Assembly: GCA_046485285.1 (NCBI GenBank)
Contig: JAWOHE010000089.1
Coordinates: 32,449-96,448 of the forward strand
Length of the DNA: 64,000 nucleotides
DNA from: a bacterium
GTDB taxonomy: Bacteria; Hydrothermota; Tepidihabitantia; Tepidihabitantales; Tepidihabitantaceae
Reading direction: 5' to 3'
The notes beneath the pieces were generated by a model, which made no database searches, was not told the DNA's origin, and saw only the letters and a list, made by a program, of their open reading frames with translations. Positions 17,966-26,939 of this stretch are shown piece by piece (within the stretch, counting starts at the first letter, position 1; the number at the start of each line of letters is the position of its first letter). The position numbers and the translations under genes are program-made.

Positions 17966-18104
17966 GGGGTCCGAAATCGGCTAACCGGCCATATTACCAG
18001 GATTTAGGTTGCATGCCCGAGAACGCCCGAATTGCGTCCGGACGCAATTCGCCGACCGAAAATCCGGGGCAGGCGCCGGGCGCGGGTTGGAGGCGGGCCG
18101 GAGG

Positions 18105-19337
18105 CTAGTTGCCGGTGTCGGCGCAGTCCTGGCCGGAGAAGCGGGCCTGGTAGGCTTCCCAGGCCTCGCGGCGGATGCGCTCCATCTCGCAGATGGCGTG
18201 CCAGGACTCGTCCTGGCGGCCGAGGAAGAGCAGGGCGTCGGCGAGGGTGACGTAGGCCTGCTGGGCGTTGGGGTCGAGCCGGATTGCCCGTCGGCTGGAG
18301 CTGATTGCGAGGCGGAGGTGGCCGCGGCGGAGGTGGAGGTCGCCGAGCATCGCGATTGCCCCGGCATCCTCGGGCACGAGCCGGGTGAGCCGGCGCGCGG
18401 TGCGGGCGGCGTCGTCGAGCCGGCCGGCCTCGCAGTAGGCCCGGCTGAGCCGGGCGAGGACGTCGGGGTCGTCCGGTTCCTCGCGAGCGAGCCGCTCGAG
18501 GGCGGCGATGGCCTCCGGTCGCATGTTGAAGTGTTCGTAGAAGCCGCTGGTCAGCTCCGGGGAGTCGCCGAAGCGCTGGGCGATTTCGCCGTAGAGGTCG
18601 ATGGCGTCGTCGGAGCGGTTGAGGCGGCGCAGGCAGTCGAGGAGGTAGAAGTGACCGGCCGGTTCGTCGGGCTCGTCGTTGACCGCGCGGGCGAACTCGC
18701 CGGCGGCCTGCTCGATCATTCCCTCGTGGTAGTAGTCGCGGCCGAGTTTCTGGTGGGGGTTCTCGATGTCCGGCGCGACCTCGCGGGCGCGGGAGTACAG
18801 GGCGAGCGCGGAGTCGTACTCGCCGTCCATCGCGTAGAAGCCGCCGAGCGAGACGAGCGCGCGGACATTGTCGGGCTCGCGCTCGAGCGCGCGCCGGCAC
18901 GCGGCGACGCCCTTGTCGCGCTCGCCGGAGTATTCGTGGACGACGCCGAGGCCGAGGATGAGCTCGAGCCGGTCGGGCAGCTCGGCGAGCGCGCCCTCGA
19001 TGAGGTCCTCGGCGCGCGAGAAGTTGGCGAGGAAGAGGTAGCGGATGCCCTCGCAAGCCCGGGTCCAGGGGTTGCGGCGGTCGAGCTCGCGGGCGTGGGA
19101 GCAGAGCTGTTCGAGGGTGTCTTCCCGAGTGACGATCTGCGCGCAGAGGGCGGCGAGGTAGTGGGCGCGGAGGTCGTCGGGCGAGTACTCGAGCGCCTCG
19201 AGAAACAGCCCGAGCGCCTCGTCCTCGCGCTCGCGGTAGAACTCGGCGAGGCCGCGCTCGATGAGGCCGCTCGCGGTCGCGATCGACGGCCGGAGCCGGG
19301 ACCGGGTGCCGCGCCGGGCAGGGGCAGGAGAGTCCAT
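18105..19337 (-). CDS. TPR repeat protein
   Basis: 411 aa from ATG 19337 (MDSPAPARRG). Repeated 34-aa W-LG-Y-A-F-A-P units. The longer track ORF extends into the divergent promoter region. Confidence 0.75.
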   Translation of the reverse strand: MDSPAPARRGTRSRLRPSIATASGLIERGLAEFYREREDEALGLFLEALEYSPDDLRAHYLAALCAQIVTREDTLEQLCSHARELDRRNPWTRACEGIRYLFLANFSRAEDLIEGALAELPDRLELILGLGVVHEYSGERDKGVAACRRALEREPDNVRALVSLGGFYAMDGEYDSALALYSRAREVAPDIENPHQKLGRDYYHEGMIEQAAGEFARAVNDEPDEPAGHFYLLDCLRRLNRSDDAIDLYGEIAQRFGDSPELTSGFYEHFNMRPEAIAALERLAREEPDDPDVLARLSRAYCEAGRLDDAARTARRLTRLVPEDAGAIAMLGDLHLRRGHLRLAISSSRRAIRLDPNAQQAYVTLADALLFLGRQDESWHAICEMERIRREAWEAYQARFSGQDCADTGN

Positions 19338-19390
19338 CACCGCCAATATTGTAGCCGGGCCGGGGCGGTCTGGCAACTGCCGGCGCGGGA

Positions 19391-19418
19391 TTGACAGATT
19401 TCCGGCCGGTGTTAGACT
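19391..19418 (+). promoter_or_regulatory. sigma70-like promoter TTGACA-N16-TAGACT
   Basis: Read directly. About 35 nt upstream of ATG 19452. Confidence 0.35.
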
Positions 19419-19451
19419 TGGTCGTTTGCCGACAACCAGAAGGGAGAGCCG

Positions 19452-20441
19452 ATGCCGACAATGCGCAAGGCCGCCGTCGCGGCGCTGCTGCTGCCGCTCG
19501 TCGCGGGCGCGGCGAGCATCTGTGTCTGGAACTACGACCCGCTGGACCGGTTCTTCGACCCGGCGGTCGGGGATTCGATTGACTGCAGTTACTGGGTCGA
19601 GCGGGTGCTGTCCGAGCAGGGCCACTCGGTCGAGGTACACGACAGCTACCTGCCCGGGGACATCACGGGCTACGACCTGGTGTTCTGCCTGATGGGCTGG
19701 TACCGGTGCTGAGGGGACAACTGCACCGTCGGTTCGACGGAGCGTACCAGCCTGATAGCATTCCTTCATTCCGGCAAGGCGGTCTACGCCGAGGGTGGGG
19801 ACTTCGGCTATTCGAACCGCAGCAATGAGTTCTGGCCCTACTTCGGCTGCAGTTACCTCGGCGACGGCAACGCCTCGGCCAACGTCCAGAGCCTGACCGG
19901 CGTGGCCGGGACGTTCGCCGCGGGACTCGCCTTCGGGCATGCCTACGGCGAACCGCCCGACGCCTGGGTCGACGAGATCGGGGAGGACGGCGGCACGCTG
20001 TTCCTGCGCGACCAGTCCGGCGTCGGCCGGGCGATTCATTACTCGAACTCGAACTGGCGAACCGCGTTCTCGGCGCCGGTCTTCGGGGCGATCCGGCCGA
20101 CCGACCGAACCGACCTGATGCGTGGGATCACGAACTTCCTTCTCGACGGAACCGCGGTTGGTGAGCGGCCGGGCGCGGCCGGGCCAGCCGGATTCACGGT
20201 CGCGCCGAACCCGGCGCGGCCGGGCCAGCCGGTCCGAGTGCGGGTGCCGGCCGGGACGGGCAGGGTGACGGTCCACGATGCCTCGGGCCGGACCGTTGCG
20301 ACGCTCGAACCGGACCACGCCGGCGTGGCGAGTTGGAGCTGCCTCAGGCCGGACGGCCGGGCGGTGCCGGCAGGCGCGTACTTCGTGCGCGCGGCGACGG
20401 GCGGCCAGACCCTGGGCCGCACGCTGGTGCTGGCTCGGTAG
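19452..20441 (+). CDS. secreted T9SS-CTD protein with a single in-frame TGA (codon 87) - candidate selenoprotein, or pseudogene
   Basis: Signal peptide MPTMRKAAVAALLLPLVAGAAS. Continuous 330-codon frame with one TGA at 19710-19712 inside 'VFCLMGWYRC-U-GDNCT'. C-terminus '...AGAYFVRAATGGQTLGRTLVLAR' is a T9SS sorting domain. Confidence 0.5.
19726..19740 (+). promoter_or_regulatory. SECIS-like hairpin (CCGTCG-GTT-CGACGG), 14 nt 3' of the in-frame TGA
   Basis: Perfect 6-bp stem with a G/U-containing apical loop. It can extend with bulges (ctgca / agcgtaccag). Position matches bacterial SECIS geometry. Confidence 0.3.
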
Positions 20442-20451
20442 CGGGGATTGT

Positions 20452-20492
20452 CGAACGAGCGGCCGGGAGGAGACTCCCGGCCGCCTTCGTTC
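20452..20492 (+). terminator. strong hairpin (CGAACGAGCGGCCGGGA-ggagac-TCCCGGCCGCCTTCGTTC) after the 19452 gene
   Basis: A 16-17-bp stem read directly. No T-tract follows. Confidence 0.4.
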
Positions 20493-20835
20493 AGGCGGAT
20501 GAAATGAGGAACCGCGATGCGTCAGGAGGCCCAACGCACCGCGGTTCCGGTCCCCATTCAGAGTGCAGGTCGTCGGGCGGTGAGGAGCGCGACACCACCC
20601 GGTGAGAGAACCTCACTCTAGCTCGGTCAGACTCTCCTAAGCCCTATGTATGCGCTACTGATATGCACAGAGCGTACCAAAGTCTGGCGATGGTGTCGCT
20701 GCGTCTAAGTCATTGATAACAATGCACAACTTCAGAACTGGTAGATGTGACAGTAGACATCAGCTCGCCTGCGCCGCCGAAATCTGCTGTTCGACTGCCG
20801 AAATCTGCACGGCAGCTGGTGACGAAGGTGGCGAG

Positions 20836-22422
20836 CTAGATGCCGTACTCGGCGATTCTCCGCCGCAGTGTGTCGCGGTGGAGGCTCATCATCTCGGCGG
20901 CCCTGGTGATGTTGTTTCCGGAGCGCTCGAGAGCCTCGATAATCGCGTGCTTCTCGATGGCCTTAATACTAAGGCTCCCGACGAGTCCCTCGAGGGTCTG
21001 CCGTCGCTCGGGCCGGGGTGCCCGCTGGCCGAGAAACCGCATCACACCGATGGTTGAGATGACGTGGCCGACCGAGACCGCCGCGCTGCCGTCGTACTGG
21101 GCGCGCTCCCAGGCCTGCTCGAGCAGCGCCCGGAGGGTGCGGAAATTGCCCCTGAAGACGTCATTGTCACCGCTGATGTACTCGCCGACGAGCTGGTGGA
21201 CGAAGCGGGCCGCGCCCTCGTCGACCTCGATCGGCCGGGGCCGGCGGGGGCTGGCGTTGCGCTCCGCGGCGACGAAGCTGAAGAACTCGCGGACGTCGGA
21301 CTCGACGACCGCGGGGGTCTCATCCTGCCAGCGGTCGATGAGCGACGGGACCGGCAGGCACTGCTGGACGACCCGGCTGTAGAAGTCGGGCCGGAAGCTG
21401 ACTACGAGTTCGTCGATCGTGCGGTTGGTCGCGGCAATCACGCGCATATCGACCGGGATCTCGCTCGAACTGCCGACGCGCCGGATGCGGCGGTTCTCGA
21501 TGGTCCTGAGGAGCTTGAGCTGGACCTCGGGGCTGATGTCGCCGATTTCATCGATGAACACGGTCGAGCCGTTGCCGTACTCGAAGACGCCCTCGCGGTC
21601 GCCGGTCGAGCCGGTGAACGCGCCCCGGACGTGGCCGAAAAGCTCGGACTCGATGAGGTTGCGGTCGAGCGCGGCGATGTTGACGGCACAGGGCAGGCCG
21701 CGGACCGGGTCATCGGGAACGCAGCGCAGACTGCAGCGGTGAAGCGCGTTGGCGACGAGTTCCTTGCCGACACCCGGTTGGCCGAGTATCAGGACGACCG
21801 AGTCGGCAGGCCCGAGCCGTTCGATTTCGTGGGCGAGGAAGACCATCCGGCGCGAGCGGCCGACGACCATCCGGTGCTTCGCGCGCCACTCGGCCCTGCG
21901 CTTCTCGTCGAGCAGCCGCATCGCGAAGGCGTCGACCCGCTCGGCGAGCGGCTCGAGGTCGGCCCGGTCGGGCGGGACGCTGACCAGATGGCAGAGGCCC
22001 TGGGCCGGGTAGAGCATGAAGTGGTGGAAGCGACGCATGCGCTCGTCGTCGGCATCGCGGGACAGGAGCAGGACCGGCACGATCGGGTCAATCCCGGTCT
22101 CCCGCATCAGCGCGTAGATGATCAGGCCCTGGAACTCGCGGGCATTGAAGTCTCTCGGAACAGGGTAATTCAGCTCGGGGTAGCCGACGAGCTTCCGCTC
22201 ATCTTCGACCCCGGTGAAGTCAACGCCGATGACGACCGCGGACACGAACCGGTCCAGGTTGCGGACGTGCCAGTCGCGCAGGGACTCGAAGCAGTCGAGG
22301 CCGATCAGCTCGAACTCGCGGCCGAGCCGTCCGTAGTCGAACGAGGTGATGGCGCTCGAGATGGCCTCGAGCCGACTGCTAACCCCCTCGACGACGATGA
22401 CGACCGGCAGTTTGGCGTCCAT
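20836..22422 (-). CDS. sigma-54-dependent Fis-family transcriptional activator (non-canonical N-terminal sensor domain)
   Basis: 528 aa. AAA+ core 'GQPGVGKELVANALH', 'GAFTGS' (GAFTGA variant), 'FRPDFYSR'. C-terminal HTH 'SIKAIEKHAIIEALERSGNNITRAAEMMSLHRDTLRRRIAEYGI'. Confidence 0.85.
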   Translation of the reverse strand: MDAKLPVVIVVEGVSSRLEAISSAITSFDYGRLGREFELIGLDCFESLRDWHVRNLDRFVSAVVIGVDFTGVEDERKLVGYPELNYPVPRDFNAREFQGLIIYALMRETGIDPIVPVLLLSRDADDERMRRFHHFMLYPAQGLCHLVSVPPDRADLEPLAERVDAFAMRLLDEKRRAEWRAKHRMVVGRSRRMVFLAHEIERLGPADSVVLILGQPGVGKELVANALHRCSLRCVPDDPVRGLPCAVNIAALDRNLIESELFGHVRGAFTGSTGDREGVFEYGNGSTVFIDEIGDISPEVQLKLLRTIENRRIRRVGSSSEIPVDMRVIAATNRTIDELVVSFRPDFYSRVVQQCLPVPSLIDRWQDETPAVVESDVREFFSFVAAERNASPRRPRPIEVDEGAARFVHQLVGEYISGDNDVFRGNFRTLRALLEQAWERAQYDGSAAVSVGHVISTIGVMRFLGQRAPRPERRQTLEGLVGSLSIKAIEKHAIIEALERSGNNITRAAEMMSLHRDTLRRRIAEYGI

Positions 22423-22637
22423 TATCGGCGCAGGTCGCGATCAGTCCCGGCAATCATCGCGAGGGAATTATATGCCGAAACGCCTATCTGGCAAGCGCCG
22501 GGCGCCGCCGCAGAGTTGTGCGCCGGGGCGACGGACCGCCGAAACCAGCGCATCGCCGGCCGCCGCTTTCTGCTGCCAACGGCAGGTGGGCCTGTTAAGG
22601 GATTCTCCTGACGCGGGGCGATGTCCGGCTTGACTCC

Positions 22638-22653
22638 CGGCACAGGTCCGGCA
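22638..22653 (+). promoter_or_regulatory. candidate sigma-54 promoter CGGCAC-N5-CGGCA (-24 GG / -12 GC)
   Basis: GG and GC have the exact 10-nt spacing. Predicted TSS ~22664 precedes RBS AAGGAG (22673) and ATG 22687. Divergent from the sigma-54 activator gene. Confidence 0.35.
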
Positions 22654-22686
22654 GACTGTCTTGTGATGAGGAAAGGAGCATCCACC

Positions 22687-23265
22687 ATGTGTCGCATTCT
22701 CATTCTTGTTCTCGTGGCCCTGGCGGCGACCGGCTCCCTGTGCGAGCGTGCGCCAGAGCGGAACTGGGAACGCGGGGATTTTCGCCCCGACCCGGGCCGG
22801 GTCTGGGACCTGCCCGGTGACGTGCGGGTCAACAGCATCATCGGCTGGGAGGACGAGATCGTCAACTCCGAGCTGCCGCTGGCGCTGGCATTCCGCAACG
22901 ACGGCAATGCCCCGAGGTCGGTGACGATGCCGGCCGGGCTGTGCTTCAGGCCGCGCGACCCGGAGTATGCCTGGATGATACTGCTCCAGGATTTCACCTT
23001 CACGGTCCCGCTCGACGACACGACGGTCTTGGTCCCGACCTGGTCGGCCAATGAGGAGCGGGACGAGCCTGACGACGAGTCGCCCTACGACATCGACCTG
23101 GTGGCCCGGGACCGGGAGATGAAGGAGCTGTTCGACCTGCTCGCCGGCAAGACACTCATTGACACGATTGTCGAACTCGACGTGGTCCAGGACGCGCTCT
23201 GGGAAGTCACCGACGGCGACGGGCTGACCGACTCGACCCGCGCCTGGCTCGAGGAACTGCCCTAG
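22687..23265 (+). CDS. hypothetical lipoprotein, paralog of 24925..25560
   Basis: 192 aa. AAGGAG + 8 nt + ATG. Signal MCRILILVLVALAATGSLC. C-terminal motif 'ALWEVTDGDGLTDSTRAWLEELP' is shared with the 'AVWMVTDSTGLTQAYRDSLAALP' gene at 24925. Confidence 0.55.
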   Translation: MCRILILVLVALAATGSLCERAPERNWERGDFRPDPGRVWDLPGDVRVNSIIGWEDEIVNSELPLALAFRNDGNAPRSVTMPAGLCFRPRDPEYAWMILLQDFTFTVPLDDTTVLVPTWSANEERDEPDDESPYDIDLVARDREMKELFDLLAGKTLIDTIVELDVVQDALWEVTDGDGLTDSTRAWLEELP

Positions 23266-23274
23266 CGGCAGGCG

Positions 23275-24855
23275 ATGGCGGCCTGGTTCCTTCTCGCAAC
23301 GCTGGCCGCGGCGCTGTCCGGCTCGGGCGACGCGCGGGGCGCGGCCGGCCCTGCGCCGGTGAAGGAGCTTGACCGCGCCGAGGCGGTCACCCGGCCGGCG
23401 GCCGGCCGGCGGGCGGACGTCGAGCCGGGGAGCGGCAGGGTGGAGTTCGCCGCCGGGACGGTCGACACCACGGCGGTGAGCGCGTTCGGGGCCGCGGCGG
23501 ACGAGCGCGGGAGGATATGGCTAGCGATCGCCGGCCGGGACGCGTGGCTCCGGGTCCTGCGGTCGGAGGACCTCGGGTCGAGCTGGGAGCAGCTCTTCAC
23601 CTTCCCGACCGGCACCGATGTGCCGAGGGTGGAGGTCGTGACCGGCCCGGGCGACTCCGGGTGCGTGTTCGTCTTCTACCTGACCGTTGCCCGGGCCGGC
23701 GACCTGCGGGCGCTGCGGATCGGGCCGGGCGAGAGCCTCGAGGTGCTGGACTTCGAGGTCGCGGTCGGGCCGGACACGATAACCGCCTTCTCGGTCGCGG
23801 CCGACCGCGACCGCCACTACTACCTCTACCTGCTCTATGCGAACGAGACTCGCGCCGGCAACAACGCCAGCTTCACCCGGTCGCTTGACTATGGCAAGAG
23901 CTGGGAGATTCCCCAGAGCTGGTGGAACTGCCTCGACCCGTGCGTTGTCTACGGCTCGGGCTCGACGGTGCACTGCGCCTGGCGCTACGCGGCCAACGGC
24001 CGGGAGATCCACGTCGAGACGAACCGCTGGCACGGCCGGCCTCGGAACTGGTGGGGGCACGCGCGGGTGAGCCGTGCGGCGCAGAGCGTCGGCGAGCCGA
24101 CGGTGGCCCAGCTCGACACCTGCAACGATGCCCGCGGCGCGACCTGGGTGGCGTGGACAGTCGCGGACCGGTCCGGTCGCCGGCGCAACATCGAGTACGC
24201 CCGGAGCGACGACGGCGGCGGGGGCTGGACCTACGTCGGGCCGCCCGCCGATGAGCCGTTTCTCGACCGCTGGGCGCCGGTACTGGCCGCCGCGCCGGGC
24301 CGGCCGTACGGCCCGGTCCAGCTCGGCTACGTCGCGGGCCGGATCGGAGCGGACACGACCGATACGATGCCGGGCAGGACCGGGCTCCGGTGGCGGACGA
24401 CGACCCACGCCGACCGCGCGAGCTGGTCGGCCGCGAGCGGCGTCGGCACCGGGCCGTTCGCATCGGGCCCGGGCGTCAAGCCCCGGCTGGTCATCCCGCC
24501 CGGCGCGCCCAAGGGCTGGCCGCTCGCAGTCTACAGCCGCCGCTCGCCGACCGGGGCGCGCGGGGTGTACGCGAGCGCGCCGTGGCCGGGCGGGTCCGAG
24601 GACGGACCGGTCGCCGACCGGGGCCGCGGGAGCGCGCGGGCGGTCCTGGCCGGCCGGACGCTACGGCTCGAGCCGGTGCCGGACGGGCCGGTGCGGATCG
24701 AGCTGTTCGACGCGTCGGGCCGGCGCGCCGGCCGCACGGCCGTCGTCGCGGGCGGCGCGGCCGAGCTCGAGTCAGACCCGCCGGCCGGGACGCTGTTCGC
24801 CCGGGTGACCGGCTGGCCAGCGACCGTGACGTTGCGGGTGTTCGTCGCCCGCTGA
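23275..24855 (+). CDS. secreted BNR/sialidase-like repeat protein with T9SS C-terminal sorting domain
   Basis: 526 aa. SxDxGxxW units (SEDLGSSW, SLDYGKSW, SDDGGGGW). C-terminus 'VRIELFDASGRRAG...TLFARVTGWPATVTLRVFVAR'. Confidence 0.7.
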   Translation: MAAWFLLATLAAALSGSGDARGAAGPAPVKELDRAEAVTRPAAGRRADVEPGSGRVEFAAGTVDTTAVSAFGAAADERGRIWLAIAGRDAWLRVLRSEDLGSSWEQLFTFPTGTDVPRVEVVTGPGDSGCVFVFYLTVARAGDLRALRIGPGESLEVLDFEVAVGPDTITAFSVAADRDRHYYLYLLYANETRAGNNASFTRSLDYGKSWEIPQSWWNCLDPCVVYGSGSTVHCAWRYAANGREIHVETNRWHGRPRNWWGHARVSRAAQSVGEPTVAQLDTCNDARGATWVAWTVADRSGRRRNIEYARSDDGGGGWTYVGPPADEPFLDRWAPVLAAAPGRPYGPVQLGYVAGRIGADTTDTMPGRTGLRWRTTTHADRASWSAASGVGTGPFASGPGVKPRLVIPPGAPKGWPLAVYSRRSPTGARGVYASAPWPGGSEDGPVADRGRGSARAVLAGRTLRLEPVPDGPVRIELFDASGRRAGRTAVVAGGAAELESDPPAGTLFARVTGWPATVTLRVFVAR

Positions 24856-24864
24856 GGACGGGCT

Positions 24865-24893
24865 TGACGAGGCGGCCGGGCGGCCCGATACTC
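24865..24893 (+). promoter_or_regulatory. sigma70-like promoter TTGACG-N17-GATACT
   Basis: Read directly, upstream of ATG 24925. Confidence 0.35.
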
Positions 24894-24924
24894 TGACCGC
24901 GCAACGAGCGCAGACGAGGAGCCA

Positions 24925-25560
24925 ATGATGAGCCGCAACTACCGACGGTCGGCCCGACTCGCCGCCGTCGCCCTCCTGGCGGCGGGCGCGTTGCTGATGG
25001 GTGGTGCCGAATGCGACCCGTTCCTGGACGGGGATTTCGAGCCGACCGGGACGCCGTTCAGCCTGAACTCGAACCTGGAGCTGACGAGCATCACCGGCGG
25101 ACCGCAGCCGGTGCCGACCGGCACCTACACGATCGACATGACCTGCCGGGCGACCGGCGGCGCGCCGGCGAACCAGGCCTTCCCGGCCGGGCTGTTGTTC
25201 AGTTCGACGAAGAACCGGGTCCAGCACGTGGTCGTGCTCAAGTCGCAGAGCGCGAACTTCGACGTCGCCGGGAGCCGGCGGTCGGTCGGGGTATTCTGCT
25301 GCAACCGGTTTCGGCGGACGCCGGACCAGCTCGACACCTTCGACCTCGGGCCGGTGACCGACAACGGCCAGCTCCAGGAGATTGCCGCGCTGGTCGGCGC
25401 CAAGGACATCTCGGGCAACGCGAACCTGTGGCTGGTCCAGCGGGCGGTCTGGATGGTGACCGACTCGACCGGGCTGACCCAGGCCTACCGCGACTCGCTG
25501 GCCGCCCTGCCGGCGGCGATGCCGCGAGGGCCGGGTCGGGAGTGGATCGCGCGGCAATGA
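24925..25560 (+). CDS. hypothetical lipoprotein, paralog of 22687..23265
   Basis: 211 aa. Signal 'AAVALLAAGALLMGGAEC'. Shares the C-terminal W.VTD..GLT...R..L..LP motif with the 22687 gene. Confidence 0.55.
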   Translation: MMSRNYRRSARLAAVALLAAGALLMGGAECDPFLDGDFEPTGTPFSLNSNLELTSITGGPQPVPTGTYTIDMTCRATGGAPANQAFPAGLLFSSTKNRVQHVVVLKSQSANFDVAGSRRSVGVFCCNRFRRTPDQLDTFDLGPVTDNGQLQEIAALVGAKDISGNANLWLVQRAVWMVTDSTGLTQAYRDSLAALPAAMPRGPGREWIARQ

Positions 25561-26939
25561 GCGAGGCGGTCGGTATGCGCGCGGTCCTCGAGCAGGCGCT
25601 CGCCGGGCTCGCGGTCGACTACGCCGACCTCCGGGTCGAGGAGACCGAGCGCTCGACGGTGCAGTACCGCGGCGAGGAGCTCGAGAGCGTCGGCCGCAAC
25701 TTCGAGCGCGGCGGCTGCCTGCGGGTGTTCCACCGCGGCAACTGGGCGGTCGCGTCGTTCAACGGGATCGACGAGGGACTGGCCGGGCTCGCCCGGGAGC
25801 TCGCGCGGCAGGTCGAGGAGCTGCCGGCACAGGAGGGGATGGTCGCGCCGTTGCCGCCGCACGTCGAGACGGTGCGGCTCGACCCGGCGCACGACCCGCG
25901 CAAGCACGGCCTCGCCGAGAAGCGCGCGCTCCTCCATCACTACAACAGCATCCTGACCTCGACGCCGGGCATCGTCTCGACGGTCGCCCGCTACCTGGAC
26001 GAGCACCGGTTCGTCTCCTTCCTTTCGACGGAAGGGCGGTACCTCGACCAGGAGTCGGCCGACTGCGGGTTCCACGTCCGGGCGGTGGCGCGCGACGGCG
26101 CCGACATCCAGGACTACGGCGACGGGTTCGGCAAGCCCCAGGGGTTCGAGGCGCTCCGCCACAAGGAGGCGCTGGTCGAGCGGGTGGCGAAGGTGGCGCG
26201 GGACCTGCTCAAGGCGGAGCCGGTCGCGGCCGGCCGCTACGCGGTGATCGTCGACCCGCTGCTGGCCGGGGTGTTCTGCCACGAGGCGTTCGGGCACCTG
26301 GCCGAGGCGGACCACGTCGCCGACAACCCGCAGCTCCGGGAGATGATGAAGCCGGGGATGAGGCTCGGCGTCGACGAGCTGACGATTGTCGATGACGCGA
26401 CGGCGCCGGGCGAGCGGGGGAGCTTCCGGTTCGACGACGAAGGCGCCGCCGCGGCGCGGACCGAGCTCATCCGCCACGGCGTGCTCGTCGGCCGCCTGCA
26501 CGACCGGCAGACCGCCCAGGCGATGAACGAGCCGCCGACCGGCAACGGCCGGGCGCTGTCGTACCGGCACCCGCCGCTGGTCCGGATGTCGAACACCTAC
26601 ATCGAGCCGCGCGAGGCCGAGCTCGACGACATGCTCGACCGGACCGAGCGCGGGCTCTACGTCTGTGGCAGTCGGGGCGGGATGACCGAGCTCGAGAGCT
26701 TCACCTTCTCGGCCCAGTACGCGTGGCTGGTCGAGGATGGCCGGAAGACGCGGATGGTGCGCGACGTGACGCTGGCCGGCAACGTCTTCGAGACGATGAA
26801 GAACATCACCGACATCGGCGACGACCTGGTGCTGTTCGGCGGGCTGGGCGGGTGCGGCAAGGCCGGGCAGGGGCCGCTCCCGGTCGGGCTGGGCGGTCCA
26901 CACCTCAGGATCCGCGACGTGACGGTGGGCGGGAGGTGA
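25557..26939 (+). CDS. TldD/PmbA-family metallopeptidase (U62)
   Basis: 461 aa. ATG overlaps the upstream stop (ATGA). Family hallmarks 'HEAFGHLAEADH' (HExxxH) and C-terminal 'GGLGGCGKAGQG'. Confidence 0.8.
   Translation: MSEAVGMRAVLEQALAGLAVDYADLRVEETERSTVQYRGEELESVGRNFERGGCLRVFHRGNWAVASFNGIDEGLAGLARELARQVEELPAQEGMVAPLPPHVETVRLDPAHDPRKHGLAEKRALLHHYNSILTSTPGIVSTVARYLDEHRFVSFLSTEGRYLDQESADCGFHVRAVARDGADIQDYGDGFGKPQGFEALRHKEALVERVAKVARDLLKAEPVAAGRYAVIVDPLLAGVFCHEAFGHLAEADHVADNPQLREMMKPGMRLGVDELTIVDDATAPGERGSFRFDDEGAAAARTELIRHGVLVGRLHDRQTAQAMNEPPTGNGRALSYRHPPLVRMSNTYIEPREAELDDMLDRTERGLYVCGSRGGMTELESFTFSAQYAWLVEDGRKTRMVRDVTLAGNVFETMKNITDIGDDLVLFGGLGGCGKAGQGPLPVGLGGPHLRIRDVTVGGR

Noticed and set aside
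19710-19712. In-frame TGA explained by an alternative genetic code (UGA=Gly/Trp)
   Set aside because: Neighbouring genes clearly terminate with TGA (for example 1227-1229, 25558-25560, 4195-4197), and the genome is ~70% GC, unlike known code-25 or code-4 lineages. Sec recoding or a pseudogene are the remaining options.
20738-20752. Sigma-54-like motif TGGCGA-N5-TCGCT
   Set aside because: It points into the 3' end of the convergent activator gene with no downstream ORF, so it is likely fortuitous.
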